In this document: positions 40,887 through 53,807 of the stretch, piece by piece
How the letters are laid out: each line of letters begins with the position of its first letter
Position numbering within the stretch: the first letter of the stretch is position 1
From: Octopus vulgaris
Lineage: Eukaryota
Assembly: GCA_951406725.2 (NCBI GenBank)
Contig: OX597819.1
Location: 65,968,001 to 66,032,000, forward strand
Direction: 5' to 3'
Length of the DNA stretch: 64,000 nucleotides
Made by a program: the position numbers and the translations under genes
The notes under the pieces: model-generated
What the model was told of the DNA's origin: nothing
Database searches by the model: none
What the model saw: only the letters and a program-made list of their open reading frames with translations

Positions 40887-41280
40887 CATCATCATTGTTT
40901 AACGTCCGCTTTCCATGCTAGCATGGGTTGGACGATTTGACTGGGAGCTGGTGAACCAGAAAGCTGCACCAGGCTCCAATCTTGATCTGGCAGAGTTTCT
41001 ACAGCTGGATGCTCTTCCTAACGCCAACCATTCCAAGAGTGTAGTTTATTATATATTCGAGCAACACTGGCATCAGCTACATTCGGATGGTACTTTTTAT
41101 GTGCCACCAGCACAGGAACCATTCAAGCAGCACTGGCATCAACCACATTCAAATGGTGCTTTTTACATGCTATTGGCACAGAAACCAGTCAGGCGACACT
41201 GGCATGGATCACATTCAGATGGTGCTTTCTATGTGACCCCAGCACAGGGGCCAGTCAGGGGTCACTGGCATCAACTACAT
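40887..41280 (-). mobile_element. Family C retroposon with four diverged ~60-bp repeats
   Basis: CATCATCATTGTTTAACGTCCGCTTTCCATGCTAGCATG followed by repeated CACTGGCATC..CATTC units. Confidence 0.85.
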
Positions 41281-42525
41281 GGTCTACATTAATATGTATC
41301 TACATACACACATATACACAAACATGAGTATGTGGTCCAGAGATTTGCTTCCTGACCATGTGCTCTTTTAGTTCAATCCCACTGTGCAGTACCTTGGGCA
41401 AGTGTCTTCTACTATAACACTAGGTTAGCCAAAACCTTGTGAGTGGATTTGGTGGAAGGAAACTGAAAGAAGCCCATCATAAGTTCAGCAAGAATAGATA
41501 ATCAAGTTACTTATGGATACCTTAGAACACACATACACAATATATATGTGTGTGTGTGTACTCACACATATATGTATATATACGTGTACGCATACGTATG
41601 CATACAGAGCCACACATCCATAGAAGCATGTGGCTGTTTGAATCACATATGTAATGATTTCCGTTATAACTTGAGAAAAACATCCCAGTAATATTTCCGA
41701 TTCTGCCAGGTGTTCTGATAAGACAAAGCTACATAAATATATATTATCAGCATCATCATTATCACCATCATCACTATGCAAGGCAGCAGCAACACCATAA
41801 TTAATTAAGCCATATAAATATCTGCTTTCTCTTTCTCATTACATATAGTGAAATATATATATATATGCACACACACACACACACACACATATATATGCTG
41901 GAATAAACAGATATAGGCATAAGTTAAGGGGTAATTATGCGCCAGCGTTCATTAATGAAATTACTTACCGAGGAACCACATCAGATGAACGTAAGTTGTT
42001 TTTGTTGTTTTTGTTTAGCACTCCACTCCCCACCCCCGCCACTACCCCTTGTCCACCTTGATTGATTAACTTGCTGTTCGGTTTATTCCAGCTTTGCATC
42101 ATCCCATCTCTTTTTCTTTCTATATCTGTAATTATGTTGTCTGGGTCATTTAATTTTCTAGAACAGTTGTGTTGTCATTTGGGTAATTTGAGATTTGAGA
42201 GACATTTGGCTGTTTTTTCTTGCATGTTTAGTGTTTGCAGTCTGCTTTGATGCAAGCAAACCAGCAAGAAAACCAACAAAGTACCAACAAAAAACATGTA
42301 TACTTACACATGTATAAATTGTGTGTGTGTGTGTGTATGTATCTGTATATATTAAGCTTATATGTACTTGTTTGTGTGTTTTTACTGTGTGCATTTCTTA
42401 CATAGATATATTTCTGTATACACACACATGTATGAACATGTGACCTTTATTAAATAGCTGTGCATGTATTTGGACGTAGTTATGTGAAATGTTCCAGATT
42501 GCCATAATGGGAGTGAATAGGCAAG

Positions 42526-42925
42526 CTGGTGGTGAGCTGGCAGAAACGTTAGCATGCCGGGCAAAATGCTTAGTGGTATTTCATCTGCTGTTATATTCTG
42601 TGTTCAAATTCCGCCGAGTTTGACTTTGCCTTTCATCCATTCGGGGTCAATAAATTAAGGACCAGTTACACACTGCGGTCGATATAATTGACTTAATCCG
42701 TTTGTCTGTCCGTGTTTGTCCTCTCTGTGTTTAGCCCCTTGTGGGTAGTAAAAAATAGATATTTCATCTGCTGTTATATTCTGTGTTCAAATTTTGCCTT
42801 TCATCCATTCGGGGTCGATTAAATAAATACTGGTTACGCACTGGGGGCGATGTAAATGACTTAATCCCTTTGTATGTCCTTTTTTGTCCCTTCTATGTTT
42901 AGTTCCCCTGTGGACAATAAATAGA
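42526..42925 (+). mobile_element. SINE A, dimeric
   Basis: Head plus two core/tail units. Confidence 0.88.
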
Positions 42926-43289
42926 AAATGTTCTTGAATAGGAAATAGCGACTTCCCCCATCACTAATACTAAGGAGAGAAGGGGTCAAACTAAAGTAGT
43001 TAACCAGAGCAAAAAGAAAAAAAAAAAGAAAAATAGTGCAATAGGTGTACAACAACATATAGTAAACAAATATGAAAAAAAAATGTGTGTTGGCAATTGG
43101 GGTGGGGGATAGAACTTGGAAAATTCATATCGGGAATGTTCAGAGTCCTCTCACCAATTCCTCATCCGTTGGCAATTTTTTTTTGTTTATATTCGTTTAC
43201 TAGACATTATTTTACACCTAGTACACTATTTTTTTTTTTCAATTTTGTGACCTTGGGTGGGGTGCAGACTCAGAAAGTGGATGTTAAAT

Positions 43290-43830
43290 GATGATGATGA
43301 ACAGTGGCAAACTCGTTGGTCAGAACTGGCTCAACCTATCCTGGTCGAGTGCCACTGCAAGTACATGTAAGTACATAGTCAATCAGGTAGCACAAACAGG
43401 TGCCATTTGTGGTGACTATGCTACCAATACCACCATCAACTGCTACAAAGTTGAAAGAAATGCTTTCAAAAGAATCTTCTACAAAGGCATTAAAACTAAG
43501 GGTCAGAACTGTGGAAGTAGCAGAATTAAGCAATGGCTAATTAGCTCAGGTGAGATGTAGCTTGCATTTATGTCAGAAAAAGTCATCACAGATACCTTCT
43601 CACTAATGAGGCAACTTGCAGTTATTGATGTTGGATAAGCCTTTGATAGGGTGCTATGTTCAGTGACTTGGTGGTTGCTAAGGAAAGAAGGCGTGAATAA
43701 TTGTTTTGTGAAATCTGTGTAAGTCAGGAGCAAAGATGTTGTTAGCAAGGTGAGTTAGCAGGATGTTCTATGAGGAATTTAATATATTATTAGTTAGGTG
43801 GTTATGGCTTGGTTCTCAGACCCCTCCCTA
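43290..43830 (+). mobile_element. Degenerate RTE LINE RT relic
   Basis: Fragments TDTFSLMRQL, *AFDRV and WWLLRKEGV resemble RTE RT domain motifs. Confidence 0.65.
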
Positions 43831-43889
43831 TGTGTTTATGTGTGTGTCAACTTATGTTTATATGGACATCTCACTATGTCTCTCTCTCT

Positions 43890-44415
43890 ATATGTGTGTG
43901 CATGTATATATATGTATGTGAGTGTATATATATATGTGTATATATTTGTATGTATATATGTGTGTGTATATATATGTGTGTGTATGTGTATATATTTGTG
44001 TGCATGTGTATATATTTGTGTGCATGTGTATATATTTGTGTGTATGTGTATATATTTATGTGTGTTTGTGTATATATTTGTGTGTATGTGTATATATTTA
44101 TGTGTGTTTGTGTATATATTTATGTATGTGTATATATTTGTGTGTATATGTTTGTGTGTATGTGTATATGTTTGTGTGTATGTGTATATATTTGTGTATG
44201 TTTGTGTGTATGTGTATATTTGTGTGTATGTGTATATTTGTGTGTATGTGTATATTTGTGTGTATGTGTATATGTGTTTATATATGTGTATGTGTATATA
44301 TTTTTGTATGCGTATATGTGTGTGTATGTGTATATATTTATGTATATGTGTGTGTGCTCTTGTATGTATGTATATATGTATGTATGAAGCTGTGTCAATG
44401 TACGTATACATATAT
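43890..44415. repeat. Degenerate (TG)/(TA) mini/microsatellite
   Basis: Directly visible. Confidence 0.9.
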
Positions 44416-44689
44416 ACTCATTGATAATAACACACACTTACACTCTAACACCTATACACGCACATACTCACACACACACATTGTCTATCTGAATGACTTT
44501 ATTTGCTGATTTCGTCTGCTAGTTGTTTCCATAGCAACAAGCAAAATCTGAAGGTAAATCCACAGAAACCTATTCAAATATTTGCTGAAGATTTACATCT
44601 AGAGTTGTTTGGACTACTACTACTATTACTACTACTACTACTACTACTACTACTAATAATAATAATAATAATAATCACAATACGAATCA

Positions 44690-45160
44690 AATTTGCTGAC
44701 ATGGCCAATGACAGCACTGCCTGACTGGCACCCGTGCTAGTGGAACATTGAAAGCACCATCCGAACATGGTCGTTGCCAGGGTTGCTGACTGGCTCCCAT
44801 ACCGGTGGCACATAAAAAGCACTATTCGATTATGATCATTACCAGCATCACCTTACTTGTGCCGGTGGCATGTGAAATACAACATTCAAGCGAGGTCGTT
44901 GCCAGTGCCGCTGGACTGGCTCCTGTGCAGGTGGCACTTAAAAAACACCATTTGAGTGTGACTGACGCCAGCACCGCCTTACTGGCCCTCATGCCAGTGG
45001 CACATAAAAGCACCCACTACACACTCAGAGTAGTTGGCTTTAGGAAGGGCATCCAGCTGTAGAAACTCTGCCACATCAGATTGGAGCCTGGTGCAGCCAT
45101 CTGACTCACCAGTCCTCAGTCAAACTGTCAAACCCATGCCGGTATGGAAAGCGGACATTA
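44690..45160 (+). mobile_element. Family C retroposon with internal tandem repeats
   Basis: Repeated GGTGGCAC..AAAAGCAC units followed by the conserved 3' module. Confidence 0.85.
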
Positions 45161-46442
45161 ATAATAATAATGTTAATAATAATAGTTGTAATAATAATAA
45201 TTATAATGATGGATGGAATGCTCCTTGTTATGTGGTGGAGTGGGGGTGGTTAATAGCTGGAGGGGGATGTTCTAAGGCATATGTTGGATATTGTTTAGTC
45301 TGGTCACCTTCTAGCATGCAAACCCATGATCACAGACATCCTAGCCGTGACCTTTGACCTTCTTGTCATTTTTTTCCCTTTCTATCTCATTGGCATGTAA
45401 AACTGAATAATACTGTACCATATGTCTTTTTTAAGTGAAGTGTCACTTCAGGGAAATTTTGTTACTATTTCTTGTAGATCAAGCATCCATGTAGGGGCTT
45501 CTTGCTGGTTAATTCTAATGGTTTGAAATTCTTGTAATGTTATTGTCTTTCTAACTCTTTTGTTCCAATTCATTCTTCACTGAGCAGACCTAGTATCAAC
45601 GAAGATTTTGGTTGTTCTGAGGCTATAGCAGAAGGTGCCATGCAAGTGAGACTGAACTCAGAACCATGTGGTTTGGAAGCAAACTTCTTACCAACGCAGC
45701 CATGCTGACGATGCCTATTTTTTCCCAAAAAAAGTTACAAACAATTAAGCATGAGGCTAAATTACAAAATTTCGAAAATGAAATGAGGCTGTTTTTATCA
45801 AAGACCATAAAAATAAGAGGATGTAAAAAAAGAAAAAAAAAAACCTATAAAACGTAATAAAAAGAAAATAATGAACATCTTCATTTACTAGTAGAAAACT
45901 CTAAAATAGATCAAAGTGAAAACTGATTGAACACCTAAAGTAACTTTAACGTATGACCATTTATAGTAGACTCAATTAGTTGCATAACCCATCCTTTTCA
46001 AGATTAAAGCAGTGTTTGAATATTAAATTTGAGTGAATGAAGCGTGAAAGCTTACATTAACTGAATCAAAAATTATCTTGCAGAAGATAGAAAAGTTTAA
46101 CTTTACATAAGTTATTAAAGAAATATTGTATCCTTTGAATATGTGTGAAATTAAAAATTAAAATCTGAAATTAATAAAATTAGTAATTTTTTTGTACTTA
46201 GAAATAGAATTGCTTCTAGCAGATCCTCTTTCTTTATAAAATTCCTTAAATCAGATTTAATTATTTTCAGTGCACTAACCATTCTTATAAGTGGACGTGT
46301 ATGGCTTAATGATTAAGGTGTTGGATTCTTGATGGTAAGGTCATGGTTTTGGTTTCTGGGTCACGCAATGCATTGCATTCTTGTGCCAAAAACTTAATTT
46401 CATATTGTTTGAGTCTACTCCACTGGTAAAAATGAACAATAT

Positions 46443-46852
46443 AGGCATAGGAATGGCTGTGTGGTAAGTACTTTGCTTACCAACCACATGGTTCCGGGTT
46501 CAGTCCCACTGCATGACACCTTGGGCAAGTGTCTTCTACTATAGCCTCTGGCCGACCAAAGCCTTGTGAGTGGATTTGGTAGACGGAAACTGAAAGAAGC
46601 CTGTCATACATATGTATATATATGTATGTGTGTGTGTGTATGTGCATATGTTTGTGTGTCTGTGTTTGTCCCCCAACATCGCTTGGCAACCGATGGTGGT
46701 GTGTTTACGTCCCTGTAACTTAGTGGTTCGGCAAAAGAGACTGATAGAATAAGTACTAGGCTTACAAGAATAAGTACTGGGGTTGATTTGCTCGTCTAAA
46801 GGCGGTGCTCCAGCATGGCCACAGTCAAATGACTGAAACGAGTAAAGGAGTA
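46443..46852 (+). mobile_element. SINE B, near-consensus full-length copy
   Basis: tRNA-like head (TGGCTGTGTGG, GGTTCAGTCCC), CORE-like CCTTGGGCAAGTGTCTT, microsatellite and LINE-related tail GGCGGTGCTCCAGCATGGCCACAG. Confidence 0.92.
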
Positions 46853-47324
46853 ATTCTGCAATGGATTGTTGTGCCATCCAGGAAAGAATATATACGCCAG
46901 AGTAACTGGGAAGCCGGCCCAGTTAAACACCGAATTTGATGAAATCGACTAGTCCCCTCCTTCTGAATTCAGCCCTTGTGGCAAATACAGAAAGGGTTAT
47001 TAGTACTAGGTGTTTGTGTGTGTGCACTTCTATCTCCTTGTTGTGACATTGTGTGATACTTTTAAGTGAACATTTCCATTATGCAATGCAAGCAGCTTCA
47101 TTCATTTCCACTTTTCCTTAAAAGCATGTCCTGGATATATTAGCTCAGCTTGGAATGGCTGGGACTTCATAACAGGGAGGGCATCTGGCAGAGAAAGCTC
47201 TGCCTGAATGAATTCTCCTTGATCCATGAAAACCTTGAAAAATAGGCGTTCATTTAAATTAATTGTTCTCAACCAGAGTCCATACAACCCTTAGGGGTTC
47301 ATAAAAGATTTTCTTGTTTATATG

Positions 47325-47496
47325 CAAGGAGTGGCTGTGTGGTAAGAAGATTGCTTCCCAGCCACATGGTTCTGGGTTCAGTTCCACTGCATGGCACCTT
47401 GGGAAAATGTCTTCTATTATACCCTGAGGCTGATGAGTCTTGTTAGTAGACTTGGTAGACAGAAATTGAAAGAAGCCAATCGTGTATGCATGTATG

Positions 47497-47534
<38 letters not shown>

Positions 47535-47700
47535 TGTGTGTCTGTGTTTGACCCCCCTCCACACACACACACACATTTGCTTGACAACCAATGTTGGTGT
47601 GTTTACATCCTGGTAACTTAGCGATTCACCAAAAGGGACCGATAGAATAAGTCCTGGGGTTGATTCACATGACTAAAAGCAGTACTCCAACATGGCCGCA
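47325..47700 (+). mobile_element. SINE B
   Basis: Full-length degenerate copy. Confidence 0.85.
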
Positions 47701-48054
47701 AGACTGTAAAGCTGGATGGGGAGCAGCTTCATGCTAAGAGATTAAAGGCTAAAATATGATAGAAAAGGGTCTGAAGCAGTTTCTTGTTGGAGAGCCACAT
47801 GACAACTCACACTTCAGGAGAGAATGGATGGGAGTGATAAGATAGAGCCGGAAACAGAATCAGTCATACTTTAGCATCTACAAATCCAGGGCACTCTAAC
47901 ATCGCAAACCCCTGTCTTGCATTGGATTGGCTAATCTAGTCTTTGATACATGCACGGAGTGTACCAGACTAAAACAACAAAATAAAAATAAAAATGGAGA
48001 CCATGACATTTGGTCTTTGAATGAAATTATCTGTGGATCACATTTACTTCAATT

Positions 48055-48278
48055 TTGGTGAGTTGGCAGAATTGTTAGCACACCGGGTGAAGTACATTGT
48101 GGTATTTCATCTGTTTTGAGTTCAAATTCCGCTGAGGTCGACTTTGCCTTTCATCCTTTCGGGGTCGATTAAAGAAGTACCAGTTAATCACTGCAGTCGA
48201 TGTAATCGACTTAATCCCGGTGTCAGTCCTTGTTTGTCCCCTCTATGTTTAGCTCCCTGTGAGCAATAAGGAAATAAA
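48055..48278 (+). mobile_element. SINE A
   Basis: Head, core and long tail. Confidence 0.87.
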
Positions 48279-48759
48279 TTTATGATTTTGCAATGGATCT
48301 ACTCCAATAAAGAGGAACTTGGGCTAAATTACAACCACTACAATTGTAACCGTTTCAATGGCAGCAGTTGCTGCTGCTACTACTACTACCATGACCACCA
48401 CCAACACCACCACCACTACTACTACTACCACCACCACCACAACCACCACCACCACCACCACCACTACTAATATGTTTGAGGCTTTGAAGTGTAAATCCTT
48501 TCGTTAATAATTGTACCAGATGAAATCAAAAACAAAAGTTTATTACATCTTTTTTTTTATTGAAAAATTATCCTTTTTAGTAAGTAATTTGGATATTATG
48601 TGCTTAACCCAGCTGGGTTTGAGACATCATCACATGCTGTGTGAGTCATGAGTTATGGGGAAAAAATAACCAACAATCAGTTATATCTAAAAACTAAATG
48701 CATTATCAATAACTCTAAGTACACAGTATTAGATTTTGCTTTTAGATATTTGTAGATGG

Positions 48760-48797
<38 letters not shown>

Positions 48798-49751
48798 CAT
48801 ACATATATACACACACATACATACATATAATTAATATAGCTTTTTTTTTCCTATGCTACAAAACAAGCCCTTTTAGCTGCAAAGCTTGAAAATGTATGTA
48901 CAGAAACCTTTATCTATACAAAAGGCTCGAAGCATCATGTGACTCCTTATTTTACCTTGTTCCTTTCATCCGTTCTCACTTTTGTTGTATATGTTTATAT
49001 AAATTATATATGCCCAGCTCGCATTTAGAACATGTATGCCAATGTAATTCCAGTCGAATTATGATACGAGAACATTTATTCTGTGAAAGCGTGTTTTTAT
49101 AGCTAGATTTTTTTGTACATTTAGCCACATAGAGTAAATTTATTCTCCACTTACATTAAAAAGTTGTTTTAATTACACAATAAATGGAAACACACAGACA
49201 CACACACACACATTCATTGACATTGTTTTAATGTCCACTTTAGCGTGTTTGCATGGGTCAGAGGAATTTGTTGAGATAGATGTTCTACAGCTGGATGCCT
49301 TTACTGTCACCAACCCTTCCCAGTCTCCAATATAACCCTGTACCTGGACATGCTTTGGCTGAATGTTAGAAATAAATAACATTACTTGAATGACGGTGAA
49401 AGTAATATACAACTGTCATTGTGCAATGTCAAAGCAAGGTGACATAAATGTACACACCTTCATACCTATGTGCTTTTCTCAGTGTTCATTTACCAAATTC
49501 TCTTGCATGACTTTGGCTGGCCTGGAGCTGTAGAAGACATTTGCCTAAGGTGCCATGCAGTGGGATTGAATTCAAAACTGTGTGGTTAGGAAGCAAACTT
49601 CTTAACCATGCAGCCACATAAATGTTGTATTTATTTACGTATTATATATATATTTATATATGTGTGTGTGTGTGTGTGTGTGTTAAATAAAATGAGACAA
49701 CAAAGCCAAGGCTGTGTGGAATTTTCAGGACGTTTATAAAGAGAAAGTTAG

Positions 49752-49797
49752 TCTTACATCTGTTTCTGGGATATTAGGGATATCTCTTCATCAGAGA
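49752..49797 (-). ncRNA. Type I hammerhead-like motif in a PLE-type relic
   Basis: TCT-CTGATGA-A-GAGATAT CCCTA ATATCCC-A-GAAA-CAGATG-TA-AGA. Confidence 0.55.
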
Positions 49798-49969
49798 TGA
49801 TGTGAGATGGTCAAACAGAGGCAAATATTAGAGTTCAATATAAGGAGTTATTTTGGAAAAGGATGGAAAAAAGAAGTATAAAGGGAAATAAGAGAATAAA
49901 AATATATGTAGGATGTTGTAGCTGTAGTTCCATTATCCAAGGAAAGTGGTGTACACACACACACATTAG

Positions 49970-50135
49970 GGTGGTGTGGCTGTGTGATAAGAAGCTTGCT
50001 TTCTAATCACACAGATCTGAGTTCAGCCCCACTGTGTTACACCTTGGGCAAGTGTCTCCTATGATAGCTTTTGGTCGGCAAAACCTTGTGAATGGATTTG
50101 ATAGAAAAAAAAACTGAAAGAAGCCTGTCATGTAT

Positions 50136-50183
<48 letters not shown>

Positions 50184-50389
50184 AGTTTTTTCTTTTACTT
50201 GTTTCAATCAATTGACTGCAGCCATGTTGGAGCACCACTTTTAGTCGATCAAATCGACCCCAGGATTTATTTTTTTTGTAAGCCTAGTACCTATTCTATT
50301 GGTCTCTTTTGCTGATCTGCTAAGTTACAGGGATGTAAACTCACTAGCATCAGTTGTCATTTTGTAGTGGCAGGGGCAACAAACACAGA

Positions 50390-50439
<50 letters not shown>

Positions 50440-50605
50440 CACAAAGGGCTTCTTTCAGTTTCCATCTATCAAATCTACTCACAAAGCTTTGGTCTGCCTG
50501 AGGCTACAGCAGAAAACACTTGCCCAAGGTGCCATGTAGCAGGACTGAACCTGGAACCATGTGGTTGGCAAGGAAGCTTCTTACCACACAGCCACATATG
50601 CGCCT
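49970..50605. mobile_element. Two SINE B copies in inverted orientation
   Basis: Plus 5' half at 49970-50130 and full minus copy at about 50190-50605. Confidence 0.85.
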
Positions 50606-50966
50606 ATGTGTGTGTGTCTTTGTGTGTTTGTTTGCCCCCACCCTCAACACTCTGTCTGCCACCACCACTTGACAGGTAAAGTAAGTAAGGGATTGATTGA
50701 TTCGATTAAAATTCTGCAAGGCACAGACTAATGACTGAATAAATAAAAGACAAAAGTAGCGCTGACCACATGTGTAGAGAAAGAATTAGGTTAACACCCA
50801 TATTTACATAGCAACACAATATCCCGATCACTTTCTGTCATTTTAGCATCCTTTTTGCATACATTAATGCATCAGATAAAAAGTGTTGAAACAGGTTTTC
50901 TATACCTAGATGCTCTTCCTGTCACTAACCCTCACCTACTTGCAAACACGTTTAATATTTCCCCAG

Positions 50967-51467
50967 ACGGCAAGCTGGCAGAAATGTTAGCAAAATTTTG
51001 GGCCTTGTGCCTAGAGTAGAAAAGATTATTTAAAGGCGGCGAGCTGGCATAAATGTTAGCACGCTAGGCAAAATGCTTAGTGGTATTTCGTCTTCCACTG
51101 AAGTCAACTTTGCCTTTTAACCATTTTGGGGTCAATAAATTGAGTACCAATTGTGTACTGGGGTCAATCTAATCGACTGGCCCCCTTCCACCAAATTTTA
51201 GGCCTTGTTCCTAGAGTAGAAAAGAATATATTATTATATATTATTAGAAAAAGGTGGCAAGCTGGCAGAAACATTAGCACACTTGGTGAAATGCTTAGTG
51301 GTATTTTGTCTGTCTTTACTTTCAGAGTTCAAATTTTGCCGAGGTCGACTTTGCCTTTCATCCTTTCGGGGTCAATAAATCAAGTACCAGTTGCATACTG
51401 GAGTCGATCTAATTGACTGGCCTCCTCCTCAAAATTTCGGGCCTTGTGCCTAGAGTAGAAAAGAATA
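50967..51467 (+). mobile_element. Tandem array of SINE A (short-tail) copies
   Basis: Three consecutive units ending CCTAGAGTAGAAAAGA. Confidence 0.87.
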
Positions 51468-52525
51468 TTCCCCCATGACCTATGAACACAATAGATTATA
51501 TATGGCTGGATGCTCTTCCTGTTGCTAACCCTTGTTTTCATAGAGAGTTGCAAATGGATGACACCATTTCTATGATGGAAGCAATGACCAAGACCTTTGA
51601 CGTTATGTCATGCTTAAGAAGAAGACCCATCAAGCTGAGCAAAATTGCAGTCGTGATGGATACAGTGCCATGCAAATTGGCACCCATGCCAGCGGCATGT
51701 AAAAGCACCCATTAAACTCTTGGGAATGGTTGGTATTAGGAAGAGCATCAAGCTATAGAAAACCATTCCAAATCTGACAGGAGCTTGGTGCAACCTCCCA
51801 GCGTGCCAGCCAATGCCAGCATGGACAACAGACGTTAAATGACGATGATGATGATGATGTTCTTTTACATTTAGTGTGTGATGTTAAGGCAAGGACACAA
51901 CACACACATACTGACACATGACAGTTTTCAATTAAACTGTACTTAGTCTCTAAATTTCAGGTCTTGTGCTTATGTTAGAAATGTTTGATTGACTGTGTTG
52001 TTACATAGTTTACTCCTTAACCACACAGTTTTGGCTTCAATCCCACAGTGTGTACATTGGGCCAGTGACTTCCTCTGTATCCTCAATCCAGCTAAACGCT
52101 TGTCAATGGATTTGGTATATGGAAATTGAAAGAAGCTTGCCGTATGTGTATATATACACATATATATATCTCAGAGACATGCCACTTAGGTAGGCAAGAT
52201 AGGCAGGGCCTACCTTGAATAAAATAGATCGATAGCAACATTTTCCTTTCATGGCAAAATATGTACCTAACTGAATAAAATTATAAAGGTTATTCAGATT
52301 GCTATGCATAAAATGCAAAATATTTAATTTTTTTTTGTAGATTAAGGTTGGCATAATTTGCCCCAGCTTTTCAATCTCAGTATTTAAGCTACACACAGTA
52401 ATACTGTAGTATGCGTGCTGTGTACATTCCTACAATACTGTTTTCTTTACATGCTATAAAGGCAGAAGTAAATCTGTCTTCATGTCTGTGATGTGGCTGT
52501 GTTTCGCTTACTTTTTTTTTTTTTT

Positions 52526-53187
52526 GGCACCTGTGTCGGTGGCACATAAAAACACCATCCGAAGACCCGGCAAGACTAGTCAGGCCATAACCCGTGGCCC
52601 CTACCTGGGACGTAGTCAGTCCACCTGTGCATACCTTCTTTCTTGTGACACTTGTGAAGACCTGTTGAGGCAAGTGAAAATCAAATCAAATCAAAACAAA
52701 TCAAAATAGATGAACATCAATGGAATTTGTATCTTTGTGGTACCAGTGCCGGTGGCACACAAGAAAATCATCCGAACGTGGCCGTAGCCAGTACCGCATA
52801 GACTGGCCTCCGTGCTTTGGGGACGTAACAAACACCATCCGATCGTGGCCGTCCGCCAGCCTCATCTGGCACCTGTGTCGGTGGCACATAAAAACACCAT
52901 CCGAGCGTGGCCGTCTGCCAGCCTCGTCTGGCACCTGTGTCGGTGGCACATAAAAACACCATCCGAGCGTGGCCGTTCGCCAGCCTCGTCTGGCACCTGT
53001 GTCGGTGGCACATAAAATCACCCACTACACTCTCGGAGTGGTTGGCGTTAGGAAGGGCATCCAGCTGTAGAAACACTGCCAGATCTGACTGGCCTGGTGC
53101 AGCCTTCGGGCTCCCCAGACCCCAGTTGAACCGTCCAACCCATGCTAGCATGGAAAACGGACGCTAAATGATGATGATGATGATGAT
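52526..53187 (+). mobile_element. Family C retroposon with homogeneous 62-bp tandem repeats
   Basis: TGGCACCTGTGTCGGTGGCACATAAAA.. recurs at 52867, 52929 and 52991; (GAT)n tail. Confidence 0.88.
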
Positions 53188-53216
53188 AAATGTCACCAAC
53201 TTCCTACCCTGAGTAA

Positions 53217-53544
53217 AGACCCCCTTCGGTCATGAATGACCATGGGATTGCACCTAGAAAGTTACCCTCCTAGACACAAGTCCGGGCAAGGTTGTTTATG
53301 GAAGGCCAGCAGTCGCCCATGCATACCAGCCTCCCCTCTCCACGCCACCAGTGTTATCCAAGGGAAAGACAAAGGTCGATACAGCTTGACACCAGTGACG
53401 TCGCAACTCATTTCTACAGCTGAGTGAACTGGAGCAACGTGAAATAAAGTGCCTTGCTCGAGAACACAACACGCAGCCCGGTCCGGGATTCGAGCTCACA
53501 ACCTCACGATCGTAAGCTCGACGCTCTAACCAATGAGCCATGCG
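53217..53544 (-). mobile_element. tRNA-derived SINE family D, young copy
   Basis: Minus strand TGGCTCATTGG A box, GCTCGAATCCC B-box-like and V/CORE-like GTTGTGTTCTCGAGCAAGGCACTTT; TSD CCTACCCTGAGTAA at 53203-53216 and 53545-53558. Confidence 0.9.
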
Positions 53545-53746
53545 CCTACCCTGAGTAATTACTGATATATATATATATATATATAAACAATTATAAATAA
53601 GGGCAAAACAGAAAAGATTTCTGTGCCAATATGCTGAGAATAGACTTTAATTTATAAATCACTACTTATAATATACATTACTATGAATACACGGCATGCT
53701 GAAATCGAGGAAGGCAAGCTAATAGAATTTTTTTTTAAATGCGCTA

Positions 53747-53807
53747 TCTCTATATTGAATCAATTTCAGGATTAATCCAATGGATTTTTTTCCCTCATCA
53801 GTAGAGA
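53747..53807 (-). ncRNA. Type I hammerhead ribozyme with intact catalytic core
   Basis: TCTCTA-CTGATGA-GGGA aaaa AATCC att GGATT aa TCCT-GAAA-TTG att CAA-TA-TAGAGA: perfect 6-bp stem I, stem II, stem III and AUA cleavage triplet. Confidence 0.8.

Noticed and set aside
52740-53020. CRISPR-like array
   Set aside because: Contiguous tandem units without unique spacers, inside a eukaryotic retroposon, and no cas genes.
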